Assembly (NCBI GenBank): GCA_026025075.1
Contig: JAPEUI010000027.1
Span: 62,001-126,000, forward strand
DNA: 64,000 nt
Source of the DNA: Vezdaea acicularis
Lineage: Eukaryota
Direction of reading: 5' to 3'
Positions 1 through 13,275 of this stretch are shown in pieces. The stretch's first letter is position 1. Each line of letters opens with the position of its first letter. The notes under the pieces are model-generated. The model was given only the letters and a program-made list of their open reading frames with translations. It was not told the DNA's origin and made no database searches. The position numbers and the translations under genes are program-made.

Positions 1-379
1 TCAGCTCCGAGGTTTCCTTTCGTATTCGTTTGTTGACATTGTCAATTGGACTGGATACGAACCTAAAGGAGAAGAGGTGTCAGTGAGGCTAAACTAGAAC
101 TCGTGATTGCTAAAAGAGTGTTCTACATCTTTCCCACTCCTTCGTAGACGATAGTCTCTTTTGGAAGAACTCCCACTTCGCTGGACGTAAGTTCTAAAAG
201 GCGTATATCACGCTGTTTGGCTGCAATTTGACTCTTGACGACATTGATCTGTTGTTGAGACAGGAGGGCCTGTGATTCTATTTCCTGCACAAGCTATGTG
301 GCGGATGAGCATGGCATCCACGGAAGGGTCATAAGCATCCTTGGCCTACCTTCTGAAGCGCTTCATTCGGGATAGACAT
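1..379 (-). CDS. PFD1: Prefoldin subunit 1 (3' end outside the window; absent from the ORF track)
   Basis: Manual splice on the minus strand: ATG at 379, MSIPNEALQK | intron | LVQEIESQALLSQQQINVVKSQIAAKQRDIRLLELTSSEVGVLPKETIVYEGVGKM | intron | FVSSPIDNVNKRIRKETSEL. The YEGVGKMF hairpin motif is typical of beta-type prefoldin 1. Confidence 0.88.
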
Positions 380-1045
380 CCCGACTTCGTTATATCAACC
401 TTTCAATGAGTATTTTTGCATATACCACTGGGGCAATATGCGGAGTTTATTGTGAAACGCAAAGAGCGTGCCAAATACTGCGAAGATAATTTCTCAATAT
501 TAGGTCTATCAGTAAATCAGGATCGAGATGTTGCTCTGATGTGAAAGCTCTCAATCGTAGGGACCTTCGGCAAAGCGATGGGATCTCATTGGGCATGACC
601 CAGGTCGACTCGCGGAGTGATCCCAAGATCAGAGATTTTAGATAGAAGTCTCGTCGATAATAACGCTAAATTACAAGCTTGGAATCTAAAATCACAACTG
701 AAACCGAAAAAAGAATAATTTTCATATTCTTTCACACACTGTTCTCGTCTAGCTTTTCTACGTCACTGACGCCATTCTGCAGCCCTACGTTGTCGCGGAA
801 CCAACACCGAAGTGGCCGCGCAAGCGCGTCTTATACAACTATCCGCCAGCAGCCGTGAATATGCCATCATAATCCTTACGACCGTCGCTACTTAAATCTA
901 ATCACATATATAGTTTCATTCTTGACCTTCTATTTACTTAGCCTCTTCGCCCCGAATGCCCGCCCTTTGAACGAGTTCTGGTGCTGAATAACCAGCAGGC
1001 TTCCAAGTACCTCCTCCGGTCTCATCTGCTAGCGATCCACACAGG

Positions 1046-2373
1046 ATGGTCTCCTGGTTGCCATCTGTGCCATATCAGCAAGCTGAGCATGGGTTCTGGG
1101 ATCCCGTCACCGCGACGCTGAACTGGTGTGAAGAAGTGAGTAGATCTAGGCTATTATGCTGAAATATAAGCTGGCTAAAAGAGCGTTTCATGCTAATTTT
1201 TACGTAGGACTACTATGCGACAAGATACGTAGCCGAGATAGTAAATACCTTGACGAACTTACTTTTCGTCTACTTGGCAACCAGGGGAATCCGAAATTGC
1301 CTCAAGTATGGACATGACACAATATTCCTCATTGCGTTTGTTGGGTATGCCCTCGTTGGACTTGGAAGCTTCTGCTTTCATGCAACCCTGACATGTATGT
1401 ATATCAACTCATATGGACAAGTCAATAAAGCTCGCAAGATCCTCTCACAATCAATGAAAAATTTACACAGCGATATTATGCCAGCTCTATGTAGACTCTC
1501 TTATTCCGAAAGAAGACAAAGTTCTAATGGTGAATTCTTGCACACTAGATCCTATGCAGCTAGTCGATGAGCTATCCATGATATACACAACCTGTCTAAT
1601 GGTTCACGCAACCTTCTCTTACGAAAAATCCAGGAGGTTCTCTATGTTCCTTGCTTTTTGTCTTGTTGGCTTGGCCGTCTTCATCACCCTTTATTATCAC
1701 TACCTCCAGGATCCCGCCTTTCACCAAAATGCTTACGCTCTATTGACTGCTGCGGTACTACTTCGGAGCATGTACATGATGGAGATGTATTTACGCCCTT
1801 CGCTTAGGCAGCAATCAGAGCCATCTCACCAGAAGGTGTTGACTAGAAAGGCTGACGCGATTCAGAAAGGTCACGATCGTCGCGATGAGCGTATACTAAC
1901 ACTTATGTGGATATTGGTTGGAGTAGGGCTTTCGGTATTTCTTGGGGGCTTTGCTATCTGGAGTCTTGATACCAAGTATTGCTCTCAACTAAGGTCCTGG
2001 AGAAGGGAGATTGGTCTTCCCTGGGGGGTTCTTCTTGAAGGACACGGATGGTGGTAAGAGTCACCTCAAACCTTCAAAACATATACATGCATGCTGACAA
2101 AACTTTTCATAGGCATCTCATGACTGGCACAGGTAAGTCGAGAAATGGTTCGCGATTGGTCATTTTGCCATTTATTCTGACCTTGAAATAGGGGCCTATT
2201 TCTATATTGTCTGGGGCATTTGGCTGCGCCACTGCTTGAATGGAAGACAAGACGAATTTCAACTTGATTGGCCAAGCCTTTTCTTTTCTTTTCCAGACAT
2301 CGTTCGCGCTGATACCCAAGGGAGCATTTCTCAAGGTAACGGGTACTTTGGCGAATCACAGAAGGGCAAATAG
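1046..2373 (+). CDS. Alkaline (phyto)ceramidase, CREST superfamily (Ypc1/Ydc1-like), multi-exon
   Basis: ATG 1046, MVSWLPSVPY..FWDPVTATLNWCEE|DYYATRYVAEIVNTLTN. Motifs GSFCFHATL, MQLVDELSM and LEGHGWWH (CREST Zn-binding His residues); several TM segments; stop TAG 2371-2373. Confidence 0.92.
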
Positions 2374-2840
2374 AGGCAATTCAAAAGTTCAATTTTATAT
2401 ATCGAAGAGTCATGGAGTTCAACTTCTTTTAGAGAAAAATAAGTTACGTGGCGTGTATCTGAATAACTCAGGAGCCTGAGTTGATGGCCTCTGATATTGT
2501 GATCGAAATTGTGCGATAGCCGAGAATAAGCCACCGAATATGTCGAGCTGGATGAAAGTACTGCAGCATCGAAACGCTCGTGCTTACAAGCTCGCCTACA
2601 ACCTTCCAGGAAACTTATCAATAAGCATCAGAACGACTGTAAATGGTATAGAGAAACACCGTTAACTCCAACCCGATGATTCCATTGTATATTGACTGCC
2701 CCATACATGTGAAGCTCCCATGAGGGAAGCGCACCCACATCGTTCGCGCCACTACTTTCGCAGGATCATGTCAACACCAGATGAGTACTCGTACAAGTCA
2801 CTCACTCATTGGTGAATGAGAGAAGGATATTGCCGACGAT

Positions 2841-5573
2841 ATGGCTTCGCCACCGAAGCCTGCTTTAAAGCCTGTCTCCAAATGGGGTTCTTTCTTGCAG
2901 CAAGCAGTAGCCGGTGTGGAATCGAGACTTGATAACATCCTGGCTGAGGGCAACGAGCAGCCAGTAAAAGATGAGGAGCCAAACTCACGGCCTACAATGT
3001 CCGCAGCACCTCCAAATGGTGCTGCCGGTTCGAATGCGAAGGGTATGGGTATTGGCGGATTTCATGCCCCAGGACGAAGAATAAACGGCTAATAGTTATC
3101 AACCCTAGTGCCGTTCCGAGCACCTTCTAATAACACGACAACGGCGAGGCTTCAGGAGCGACTAGCTAATTCTGCCCGTCTTGGTCGCTCTGGTAGCTCT
3201 GCAGCATCCTCGGCCAAACCGTCTAGGACAGCTAGCCCTACGGTTGGCCTTGGGGCTTCGCGCACGAGCTTGGATGGCCTGAGCGAGTCAAAGGCTAAGC
3301 AAGGTTCGGAGGGCAACGTCAATTTATCTGAAAGCTTGCAAGACCAGCGGAAGGAAGAAAATACGAGCAATAATACAGGTCTTCAACTCTCAGCGTTAGA
3401 TACAGCGGGAAAGCAACACTTCGTGGACTCTACTACTGATGTAGACGTGTTACCAAGGTCTTCTCTAGACTCTCACACATCAGCTATATCCCAGCCATCG
3501 GCAGACATCTCCCAAACCGCACTATATCGGGAGCTATCGTTTAATCGTAGCAACAGTTCTCCGCAGATCCCCGGAGACACCAAAGAATATGAGGCGACCA
3601 TCTCCCAGCTGCGTTCTGACAACGAAGCAGCAGAACTCCGACGGCAAGAAGAAGTCCATGCTTATCTAGAGCGAATTGATGCGTTACAAGCAAAGCTCCA
3701 ATATCTCGTGAAAGAGGCGACTGAAACAGCGAAAACCATGACGTCTTCAGTCGCGCCAGGATCTTTGGAAAAGAAGATCTTAGATAAAGATCAGCAAATA
3801 GCATTGCTCATGGAGGAGGGCCAAACTTTGTCGAAGAATGAGATGAGGTATCTGGCTACTATCAAAAAGCTTCGCCTAAAAATTGGAGACGATGATAAAG
3901 CCTTAGCCGAGTCGAAACGTGCTCGAGAGAGAGCAGACCAAAATATCGCAGAGTTAACGGAGAAAGTGAAGCAGGCTGAGCTTGCCGAGAAGAGGGGCAA
4001 CGAACGGCTCAAAGCACTGTCAAAGATCGAGAAAGACGTCGAAAACCTTCACAAGGAGAAAATTTCAGACGCTCAGAGGGTGGCGAGACTAAAAGCCCAG
4101 CTAGCTCAGTCCGAGTCACGAGCTCTTGAAGCAGAGAAGGCCGCTCAGACGGAGGCATTGGACTCTGAAAGGAAGGTTGTCTTGGATCTAAAAGATGACT
4201 TATCGAGTCTAAGGATTGAGAAGGAATTGAGCGAGGAGAGGCTGCGAGCTGAGATTCAAAACCTGAAGCGTGCCGCGGAGAGAGAGAAGGAGCGTTATAC
4301 GGTGCTCGAGACAGAGCTCCGCGGAGAGCAATCCATACTCGAAAGCAAGATGGAAGTCCTCCGGGCTCGAGCTGAAGAGGTCTCGACGGGCGCAACGGGA
4401 GACGCGCAAGCAAAACTACTTCGGCAGATTGAGACCTTGCAGTCCCAGTACGCTATTGCAAGCGAGAACTGGCAAGGCATTGAAAGCTCGATGCAATCAC
4501 GACTTACGAATATTGAGAGAGAAAGGGATGAGGCTGTCAAAAAGGAGGGCGAGATACGCCGGAAAGCCCGTGAGGTGGTGAGTCAACATTTTGATAAATT
4601 GAGGATAGTATGCTAAGTATTGTAGAACATCAAATCAAAAAAGGTAGAGCAGGAACTTGAGGCTTCGAAGGATGCTATGCAAATACTTCAAGAAGAGCTA
4701 CAAGAGATCAAGCGACAGAATCTGAAGCTTCAGCAAAGGGCAGATCATTGTGAGAAGCTTTTGACTGACGCGAGGGCTAATTTCGAGAGAGAGCACCAGT
4801 TATGGGAGACTCAACTCCAACGACGACTTGAGGAAGAAAAATCAAAGTGGCGGGAGGAGAGTCTGCACGCACTCCCGTCTAGTAATAGCTTTCATAAAGT
4901 TCGAACCGAGTCTCCTACAGCATCAAGTCGGAAGTACCCTACTGCAGACTTTCTGGGACCTCAACAACGTCGTGACTCGGCCCGGAACTCCTTCGTCGAA
5001 ATTCCCAAAGCATACCAGGAGCGTCCACATAGCCGGAGAGCCTCTGTACAGCCCCCTCAAACCCCTGAAACGGGGACGCCGCGTCGGCGAGATTCTCAAT
5101 CATCTATGACAAATCTACCAATGAACGGTGAGGCGTCTTCAATCCAGAATAACGATCATGATTACTTTGAAGGCGTTACTTCTCCCCACTCTCCACACAG
5201 AACAATTAATGACATGATTTCCGTGTCCACTGCTGCGGCTGGACCTTCGGTGCAGCTAGTAGAGCGCATGAGCGCCGCCGTCCGGCGTCTGGAGAGTGAA
5301 AAGGCTGCCTTCAGAGAGGAGCTTGCACGCCTATCCGCCCAGCGAGACGAGGCGCGGGAGGAGGTGGTCGAACTTATGCGCGAGGTAGAGGAGAAACGAG
5401 CCGGCGATATCAAGGTCAGCAAGCTTGAGTCTGAAATCGTCCAGCTGAACGAGCGGTATCAAACCACGCTTGAAATGTTGGGCGAGAAAAGCGAGATGGT
5501 AGAGGAGCTGAAAGCGGATATCATTGATTTGAAGCAGATCTACAGGGATCTGCTTGACAAAGCCCACCGGTAG
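2841..5573 (+). CDS. TATA element modulatory factor / Sgm1-like golgin coiled-coil protein
   Basis: Three exons (ORFs 2841, 3108, 4677). N-term WGSFLQQAVAGVESRLDNIL, long coiled coil, C-term TMF domain RYQTTLEMLGEKSEMVEELKADIIDLKQIYR. Confidence 0.88.
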
Positions 5574-5723
5574 TACGAGTGATATCACAATCAATCTACT
5601 AGGGTATGTTTCTCAATGCCCTATATACGAAAGGCATACGAAAAGGTTGCGGAATATCGCTTTTTGTCATGGTAGTATGCACATGCATTTAGCGATGGCT
5701 AGTGGGTTCATAAAAAGGTTGTA

Positions 5724-6762
5724 TTATATGTTGATACCTTCGCGCTCTGCGCTCTGCAATATAAATTTCCGGACCTTAGTGTCGGGGGCGAGGTCGATAG
5801 CTAAATGACCTTCGCCGTCTCGCTTGTCAGTTTCTGCCCCTGACTTTAGGAGGAGCATCGCTGTGTCGCCATGGCCTTCGGATATTGCTATAGAATATTA
5901 ATATTATTGACACATTCTTCATTAATAGTGGTTAGGGGTCTTGCCATGATGTAGAGCCGTCAGACCGGATATATCTGTAGCGTTTACGGGACTTTTGTTG
6001 TCGAGCAGGAGTTGCACCATCGGCACGGACCCTATTGCTGCTGCTCTGTGAAGCGGTAGCTGGCCACGTTTGTCCTTCACGCGGGCACTCGCTCCACGTG
6101 CTATGAGTTTTCGGGCGGCGTCTAGGTTGTTTTTCGAGGCGCAGAAATGGAGTGCTGTCTAAGATCAGGGGTCAACAAAATGGACGTATGGCAATGTGAT
6201 GTCTGAATGCGAACCTGGCCGTTGAATGCTAAGACGCCAGGTCAACTCTGATGCTCTCATATTACGGGTACCCGATGTAGACGTACTCTTGATATTCACG
6301 TCCGCTTCTTTCCTCAGGAGCAGATCGATCATGCTATCTGAGTCTCTTAAGCTAGCCGCCATCATTAGGGGTGTCCAGCCGGACGCATCCTTACGAAGTA
6401 TTAATACAAACCGCAAGCCTTCCCAGACAACTTTACGTACTTGTACGTCCGCATCGAAATTTTTCTGTTGCACTAATAACTCCACAACTGCGAAGTGGTT
6501 ATATGATACGGCCCAATGGATAGGGAGACGCTCATCATCATCACGACGATCCGCAAGACGAGGGTTTGCCTGGGAGTCAAAAGTAAGAAAAAGTTGAAAA
6601 AATTAAACGTATCCGTTTAATCTACATTTAGTAATGACTCGACGGCAAGTACTATGTTGTGCTATTAGCATCATGGTCACCCTTTGTTGTAGAAAGTGCC
6701 TAACCTCGCCCCTCTCGTGCCGCTTCATGTATCGCAAACTTTGGCTCTTCCTTTGGTTCCAT
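5724..6762 (-). CDS. NAS6: Ankyrin-repeat proteasome assembly chaperone (Nas6/gankyrin-like), multi-exon
   Basis: ATG 6762, MEPKEEPKFAIHEAAREG. Ankyrin motifs ERLPIHWAV, GWTPLMMAAS, GQTALHFCAS, GQLPLHRAAAIGS and TALHHAISEGHGD; 26-nt and 14-nt small exons; stop TAA at 5724-5726. Confidence 0.8.
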
Positions 6763-7001
6763 ATTCGCTCTGTATTATAATCACTTCCACCCCTCTTTTC
6801 GAAATTATCACGGTCCCAAGTACAGCAAATTTTGAGGGGATAGTAGATGCAAGATCTAGTGAACTGGGGAGTGGTTGCGGGGAAGCACTTCCGAGAGCAT
6901 AATTGCGGACAAAAAGTTTCGGCTCCGATTTGAGAACTTCCATTGAACCATTACTTCTGCGCTAGTCAATCTCCTTAGAGCTCCCTCCATACCACCTCGA
7001 G

Positions 7002-8526
7002 ATGACACCTGAAGAGTTGCTCCGTGAGTCCGCTAAACGTACTCATGAGCTTTTCAGAGAAGATTTCGGCCTTGTTTCCACTCTACCACCTTCAGATAGC
7101 GCGAGCATCTCGGCGCGCATCCATAACGAGTACAAAGATGTTCGAGAACTCCCACCGGCCCTGGCTATAAAGCAAGCCAAAGCCGCATCAACAGCTTCTC
7201 TGAGGCGGAAGAAAGCTAAAACACAAGACGAAGGTCCTTCTTCGGACCCAAACACCCTGAAGCTTATTGAAGCTGCGGCATCAAAAGCCGGCAATAGCTC
7301 TGCCCCGAATGGCACCTCTACTGCTTTAACCGTGCGAGGAAAGGCAAATGGTGCACCACCGAATGCTAATGGACCTACGCTTCAGCGCGATACTCCAGCT
7401 ACGAGTCTCATCCGGAAGCAGACCGTTCAGCAAGTAAAGCCAGAATGGCATGCGCCGTGGAGGCTGATGCGTGTAATCTCTGGGCACTTGGGCTGGGTAC
7501 GCGCCCTCGCCGTAGAGCCTGGAAACGAGTGGTTTGCCAGTGGCGCCGGGGATAGAACCATCAAGATTTGGGATCTAGCTACTGGGAATTTACGACTCAC
7601 GTTGACGGGGCATATATCAACAGTAAGAGGGTTGGCTGTGTCACCCCGGCACCCATACCTATTCTCTTGTGGCGAGGATAAGATGGTAAAATGCTGGGAT
7701 TTGGAGACAAACAAGGTGATTAGGCACTATCATGGGCATCTCAGTGGAGTTTATACGCTGGCGTTACATCCGACATTGGACGTGCTCGTTACGGGAGGAA
7801 GAGACGGTGTAGCAAGGGTTTGGGATATGCGTACAAGAAGCAATATTCACGTGCTGAGTGGGCACAAGGGAACAGTTTCTGAGGTAGTATGTCAAGAAGC
7901 AGACCCGCAGGTTATCAGCTCGTCATTGGATAGTACTGTGAGGCTGTGGGACCTAGCTGCCGGAAAAACGATGGGTGTCCTGACACACCACAAGAAAGGC
8001 GTTAGGGCGCTGGCTGTGCACCCAAAGGAGTTTACTTTTGCGTCAGGGAGTACGGGAAGCATTAAGCAATGGAAATGCCCTGAGGGTGCTTTCATGCAGA
8101 ATTTCGAGGGGCAGAACGCCATTATCAATACCCTTAGTGTTAACGAAGACGACGTGCTCTTCTCGGGCGGTAAGCAATCGTGATCTGGAGAGCTATGATT
8201 AAATCGTTGACAAGTAATAGGCGACAATGGATCTATTAGCTTCTGGGATTGGAAATCTGGTCATAGGTTTCAGTCTCTTGATACTACCGCACAACCTGGA
8301 TCCCTCGATGCTGAGGCTGGTCTGATGAGCTCGACGTTCGATAAAACCGGACTTCGATTAATATGTGGCGAAGCTGATAAAACCAGTAAGGCACTCAACC
8401 CCCCGTTATGTCTCATGGTGGTCCTAACCTGTACTTTTAGTCAAGGTATGGAGGCCGGATGACGAGGCCACACCTGAAACGCATCCTTTGGAATGGAAGC
8501 CGACGTTGGGTCGTCAAAAGTTCTAA
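7002..8526 (+). CDS. PRP46: Pre-mRNA splicing factor Prp46/PLRG1 (WD40)
   Basis: [21 protein letters not shown] followed by WD40 repeats. Later exons give [11 protein letters not shown] and EADKT..KVW, ending GRQKF-stop at 8526. Confidence 0.95.
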
Positions 8527-8658
8527 GTCTCGTCAGCATTTCGTTCTCACGGTTTCAGCATTGCATTGGAAGGCGTTCGAGCGAACTATATGGTATCCAA
8601 CTGGCTTGAGTTCGAGTTATTTGTTGCGGCCGTCTATCTGGCAGATCATCCATCTAGC

Positions 8659-11060
8659 TTAAGACCCGAATCCTAACCCTCTAACATCCCAATCGTCCTT
8701 CAACGCTGACTTGACCTCCTCCTCTCCGATATTTAACCTAACCTTTCCCGTCCTCTCCCCTCTTCTTGACTCCAAGCTTACGATTCCCGCCTCCATCAGC
8801 TCCGCCGCCGCGGCGCCCATAGCTAACAACCGAGGTGCATAATGAAGCTGCTTTACGCCAGTCATCTTATCTGCTTTCAGATAGCCATCTGCTAGCAAAT
8901 ATTCCTGAATTTCCTTGTTATCTGCCATTTTGCCTATCTGCTTCGCGCTCTCTAGCACCTCACCTAAGACAGTCTCTGCTACGCCGGTCCTCCTGACTCT
9001 GGCTAGCAGGGCAGCTAGAAACAACTTCGCGGACAGTGGAAGGCTGCGCAGATATTGCTGCATGGGGCTCGTGGTAGCCTCGTTGATTGCACGCTTCACG
9101 ATGCTAATGGTCACTTTGACATTCCTCTCCACCGCTCCATTTGCCACACTGCTTCTTCCCTTCTTACTCGGCGTTGCCGGCGTTGAATCCTCGTTCTGAC
9201 TCTCGCCTTCTGCAATTTCTACGGCACGCCGACAGATATCAAGGGCACGTCGGGCGTCACCGCTTACCGCTGCCACTTTGCGGCTTGCGAACTGGATGGC
9301 ATCCGGATCGACAATGTTGCCTGGTACGCCCGATAGACGCGATTGGATGATTTGGATAAGCTGCTCATGCGTGTAGCCTGGGAAAGTAATCCGAGTTAAC
9401 CCTAGTCGACTACTGATCTTGTTACTCAGTGTGCGTTCAGGCAGATCCATGGTGTTGGCAACGGCTAGCACAATCAATCTGCTATGTCGCAACCCAGGCC
9501 AGTTAAAGAAGTTGTACATGACGCTCTGATTCTTTGTAACGAGTTGGTCTAGCTCGTCCATCAGCACCACACATGGCACTCTTCTCGGACTCGGTGTTGA
9601 GAACTCCCTCTCGAGCAAATCTAGCGCGTGCGAAGGACTAACTCTATCACCTCTGAGGGCTTCCCACAAAAGCGAGTATGACTGGTGCGGGTCTGTGACT
9701 TTCATGCCGTTGATCTCAACAAAGACGAAGTCATCGAGTTCATCTGCAAGCACAGAAGCGTTGAGTTGGGAGACGACTTCGCGGACCGTAGCAGTTTTCC
9801 CTGTACCAGGTGTCCCGGAGATGTAGATACAGGAACCAGAGCCGTCTGATATGGCAGCTTCGAGATGAGAGTAGACTGTGGAGAATTCTTGTTCACGGCA
9901 AGGAAGAGAGTCTGGAACGGAGGAGACATGGAGTCTTGTGCGAGCGATCTGGAACGGAGATGAGAGCAATTGTCCAGGAGAGATGATGCGGGTTCCTAAG
10001 GGGGTAAACTCGAGAGGCTTCTTAATGACTATCCTCTTATGTGTTGGTGTTTGAAGTTTCTGGGGGGTGCGGATTCCTTGATGGGACTTAGGCGTTCCCG
10101 CAGCAGTTGTTTTGCGCCTTTTCTTAGGCGTAGATGGCCCCATAAAATCGTCATCTTGTACCAAGTCATCTAAGTCCCGCTTCAACCCCTGTCTTTCTGC
10201 TTTCCGCTTTCGGGTGGCTTTGGTCTCCTTTTGCACTCGCTGGATGAGATCATATATGTCTTGTTCCGTACCCTTAAAGATTTCATCCCACACGAACTCT
10301 TCTGTGTATGTCGCAGTTCTAACATTACAGCCCCTTCGACAAATAAAGGTTTTACCATAATCCCTTGAGCCCCTAGGTATACGTCCGCTAGGGTATTTGG
10401 ATAGGTATGCAGTGGGCGACATTATATTTGCCTTCCCATTTATTGATGCCAAGGGATTGATATCCCAGGACGGTGTAATGTAAAGCTCATTCTATGAATT
10501 CAGTTAGAAAGCCAGCAGAAGCAGCTGAATTAAACACCAACCTCCATAGCATCAGCCCGCTTCTTCTGTTTATTTCTGATCTCCTTCTCTGTTGAGAACC
10601 ACATGAAGTTCGCAGCCTTTTGTCCTTCCTCATCTTCCTCGAGAAACTCGCAGATAAGACCAACCCAAGCCTCATTTGTTCCTTCGGCCTTGAGCAGTAC
10701 GCAATCCCCTACTTGACAGGAGAACGGACCCATCTGCGCACCAATGATTGGACCTTTGGGCTTAATGGGACGAGGTGCAGCCCCTGCCCCATTGGGTAGC
10801 GTAGCTCTTATCTGCTGGTTAAGGGTTTCTGCAGTGAACTCGCCATTGCCTGATGTTGGCAAAAGCTCGTGCTCATCCTCGGCTTCTGCACGCCCATCGT
10901 CATTTGAGGTTCCATAAATCCATTCCCAAGGGTAATCGTCGAATCCGAGCTCATCGTCAGAATCCTCTCGGGCAACTCCGCTCCCAGCAAGGTATCGACG
11001 GGCCTTCTCAGCGCGCGACATTTTAGGCCTCGGTGCGGGTGAAGACAGTTCTACTGTCAT
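8659..11060 (-). CDS. ORC1: Origin recognition complex subunit 1 (BAH + AAA+)
   Basis: BAH segment VGDCVLLKAE..AWVGLI; Walker A GTPGTGKT; Walker B LMDELD; SGDARRALDICRRA. One intron near 10496-10541; ATG 11060. Confidence 0.95.
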
Positions 11061-11167
11061 GATTCCAGTGAGAGTATGAAATTCCAAAAATCTCCATATC
11101 AAGGCTGGCGTTGCGGTACCTTAGTGGGGCACTAGTCAGTTGGACAGGCTCGGTTCCGTCGTCTTGG

Positions 11168-11200
11168 ACGGCGCGTCGAGAGACGCGTTTTTCGCGACAC
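11168..11200. promoter_or_regulatory. MCB/SCB-like G1/S elements upstream of ORC1
   Basis: ACGCGT at 11183-11188 flanked by GCGCGT and TTTCGCG (reverse CGCGAAA), about 120 bp upstream of the ORC1 ATG. These are established MBF/SBF motifs of replication genes. Confidence 0.55.
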
Positions 11201-11675
11201 GCTAATCTACTTTAGGAATGATGATTGATCCCCCCTTAGTCCCGTTGCGCAGCACTGGCGACAATCAATCTAATAATTCCGATTTGGTGACTTGGTAATC
11301 AACCTGACTTTTGCTAAGATAATTGAGCTCAATTGACAGCATTGTTTAAACCTAAAGTCGTTTAGCCTGAATATCGTGGGTAAGCACTAGGTATGATCCC
11401 GAGTTGTCGATAGTATAGACACCAATTGATCACTACACTATCCTCTAGCAGCAGCAGCTCTACCCTGCGAGACACTTGCGATCACTCTGCGTTGAGCCTA
11501 TTCAGTTGCCTATTTATACACCCCACATCTCATAAATCAGGGTATGTTTCGGTACTATACGTGGTATGATATCGATCTATAGTAATCGCGAAAATTCCAC
11601 CACTATGGCGATATTTCATGAAAAGTAAGCACCATCATTTACACATTATTAGTCTACTCCGAGTCCATAGGCTGA

Positions 11676-12883
11676 TCAAGCTCTACCCTGATCCTCCTTC
11701 AAGCCTCGAGATACCAATGCTTCTGTAACTTCGTCAATTGCGCGGCAAAGCTCAGAGCCATTTTGCCAGACCTCATCATGTTTACCATGTAGTCCGATGA
11801 ATATGTTTGCTCTCCCCTCTGTTTTGTAGTTCCTTTCTTTCGGCTGTTTGAGGGCTTCGATCATGCTTTTGGCCTGTGCCATTTCGACCATTTCATCATC
11901 GTTCGAATGCGCGACTGCGGCGACCAATCCTTTCCCTCCATTTGCCCAGTCTTTGCCACATGGCGACAAAGCGGGTAGACTGGAATAATCCTCCCCGAAT
12001 GCATTGCGAATAATTGTTCTATAAACTGGGATATTCTTATGGTTGTTGAGTAGTAAGGGAATATCAAATATGCCTTCTACTCCAAGAACAGCTTTCGGCG
12101 GAAAGCAACATGCCTTTGGCTTGGTCTCTAGGTCAGCCAGCAGAGTCGCAATCGTAGCACCACAGCTGTGGCCGACAAGAATGTAATTGTCTTCGAAATG
12201 GTACCTTTCCTGAAGGTAGGCAAGAGCTGCGCAGCAGTCTAAGTAATGGTCCGGCCATTTTGCATTGCGAGCAGGATCGTCTGGTCGGCTTGGGTCTGTA
12301 GGATGCTCTGGGTAGGGCGAGAGTCTATAGTTGATAGATGCTATACCTGCAAAGTTGTCGGCCATTCGCTTGTTCTCGAGAATGAGGTCGCGAGTCTTGT
12401 TGAATGAGGACGCCGTAATCGCAGGATCGCGCCAAGCGCCTCCATGAATATAGCTAGAAGGATTTAGCTATGACGAAGGCCCTTCAGGAGGTCAAGAAAA
12501 TACATTAACCATAATTTCTTCTTCATGAGGTTCAGGCTACCATCATCAGCTCGTGGCAAGCAAATTTCTACAGTATGGAGATTCGTTGGGTCTTCATGTT
12601 CCTGCAGAGGATATTGCCCCTTCTCAAGGTAATGATGGGTAATGAAGTATGGATTCCTATCTAGGTGGATCGGAGCACTAGCGGCTGTGTAGGAGGACTT
12701 GTTCAGGACATTGTCTCTCTCGTTTTCCTCAGCTAATTGTCTAGCTTTGTGCCTGATGAGAATCTCTTCCATTGGTAGTGCTAAAGGCTTCAAACTCGAT
12801 ATGTGTCTGTGTTGACTCACTCCCAAATACACCCGTAAATAAGGAATAGAACAAGGTTTAAAGGTGGTTGATAGATGGCGCAT
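11676..12883 (-). CDS. BNA7: Kynurenine formamidase (alpha/beta hydrolase); start at 12883 or 12772
   Basis: After splicing, reads IYIHGGAWRDP (oxyanion motif), ASINYRLSP, nucleophile GHSCG, HSNDDEMV and GKHDEVW. Confidence 0.85.
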
Positions 12884-13275
12884 CTATCGAAGGGTTTAAG
12901 AAAGCTTTTGGAGTGCCAAAAGAAGCGCCGGAAGAGAAGCTCTTTAAGTAGCCCATGCCTCGCGGAGCGACAGTAGCGCCTCTTAAGGTAGGATCATCTC
13001 AAAGATCCGTAAAGAGCCGTGTGAGATTGGCCATTGGGCAATATATTCTGAGTGAGATGCAGTCATCTTGGTGACAAGGATTCCTTTTCTAGCGGTCATA
13101 GCGGGGTTATCCCCGGGACTGGAGAATGCTTTCTCCATCTCGCTAAGACTTCAGGCAGCTAGCGAAATCTTGGCGCTTCGCTACGCACACAGATTCGAGA
13201 CCGCAGTCCGAACTCTCGTTTTCACAACATCAAGAGCCAAGCTTCAGCGAGCCACCCATCAATAGGAACCCAAAG

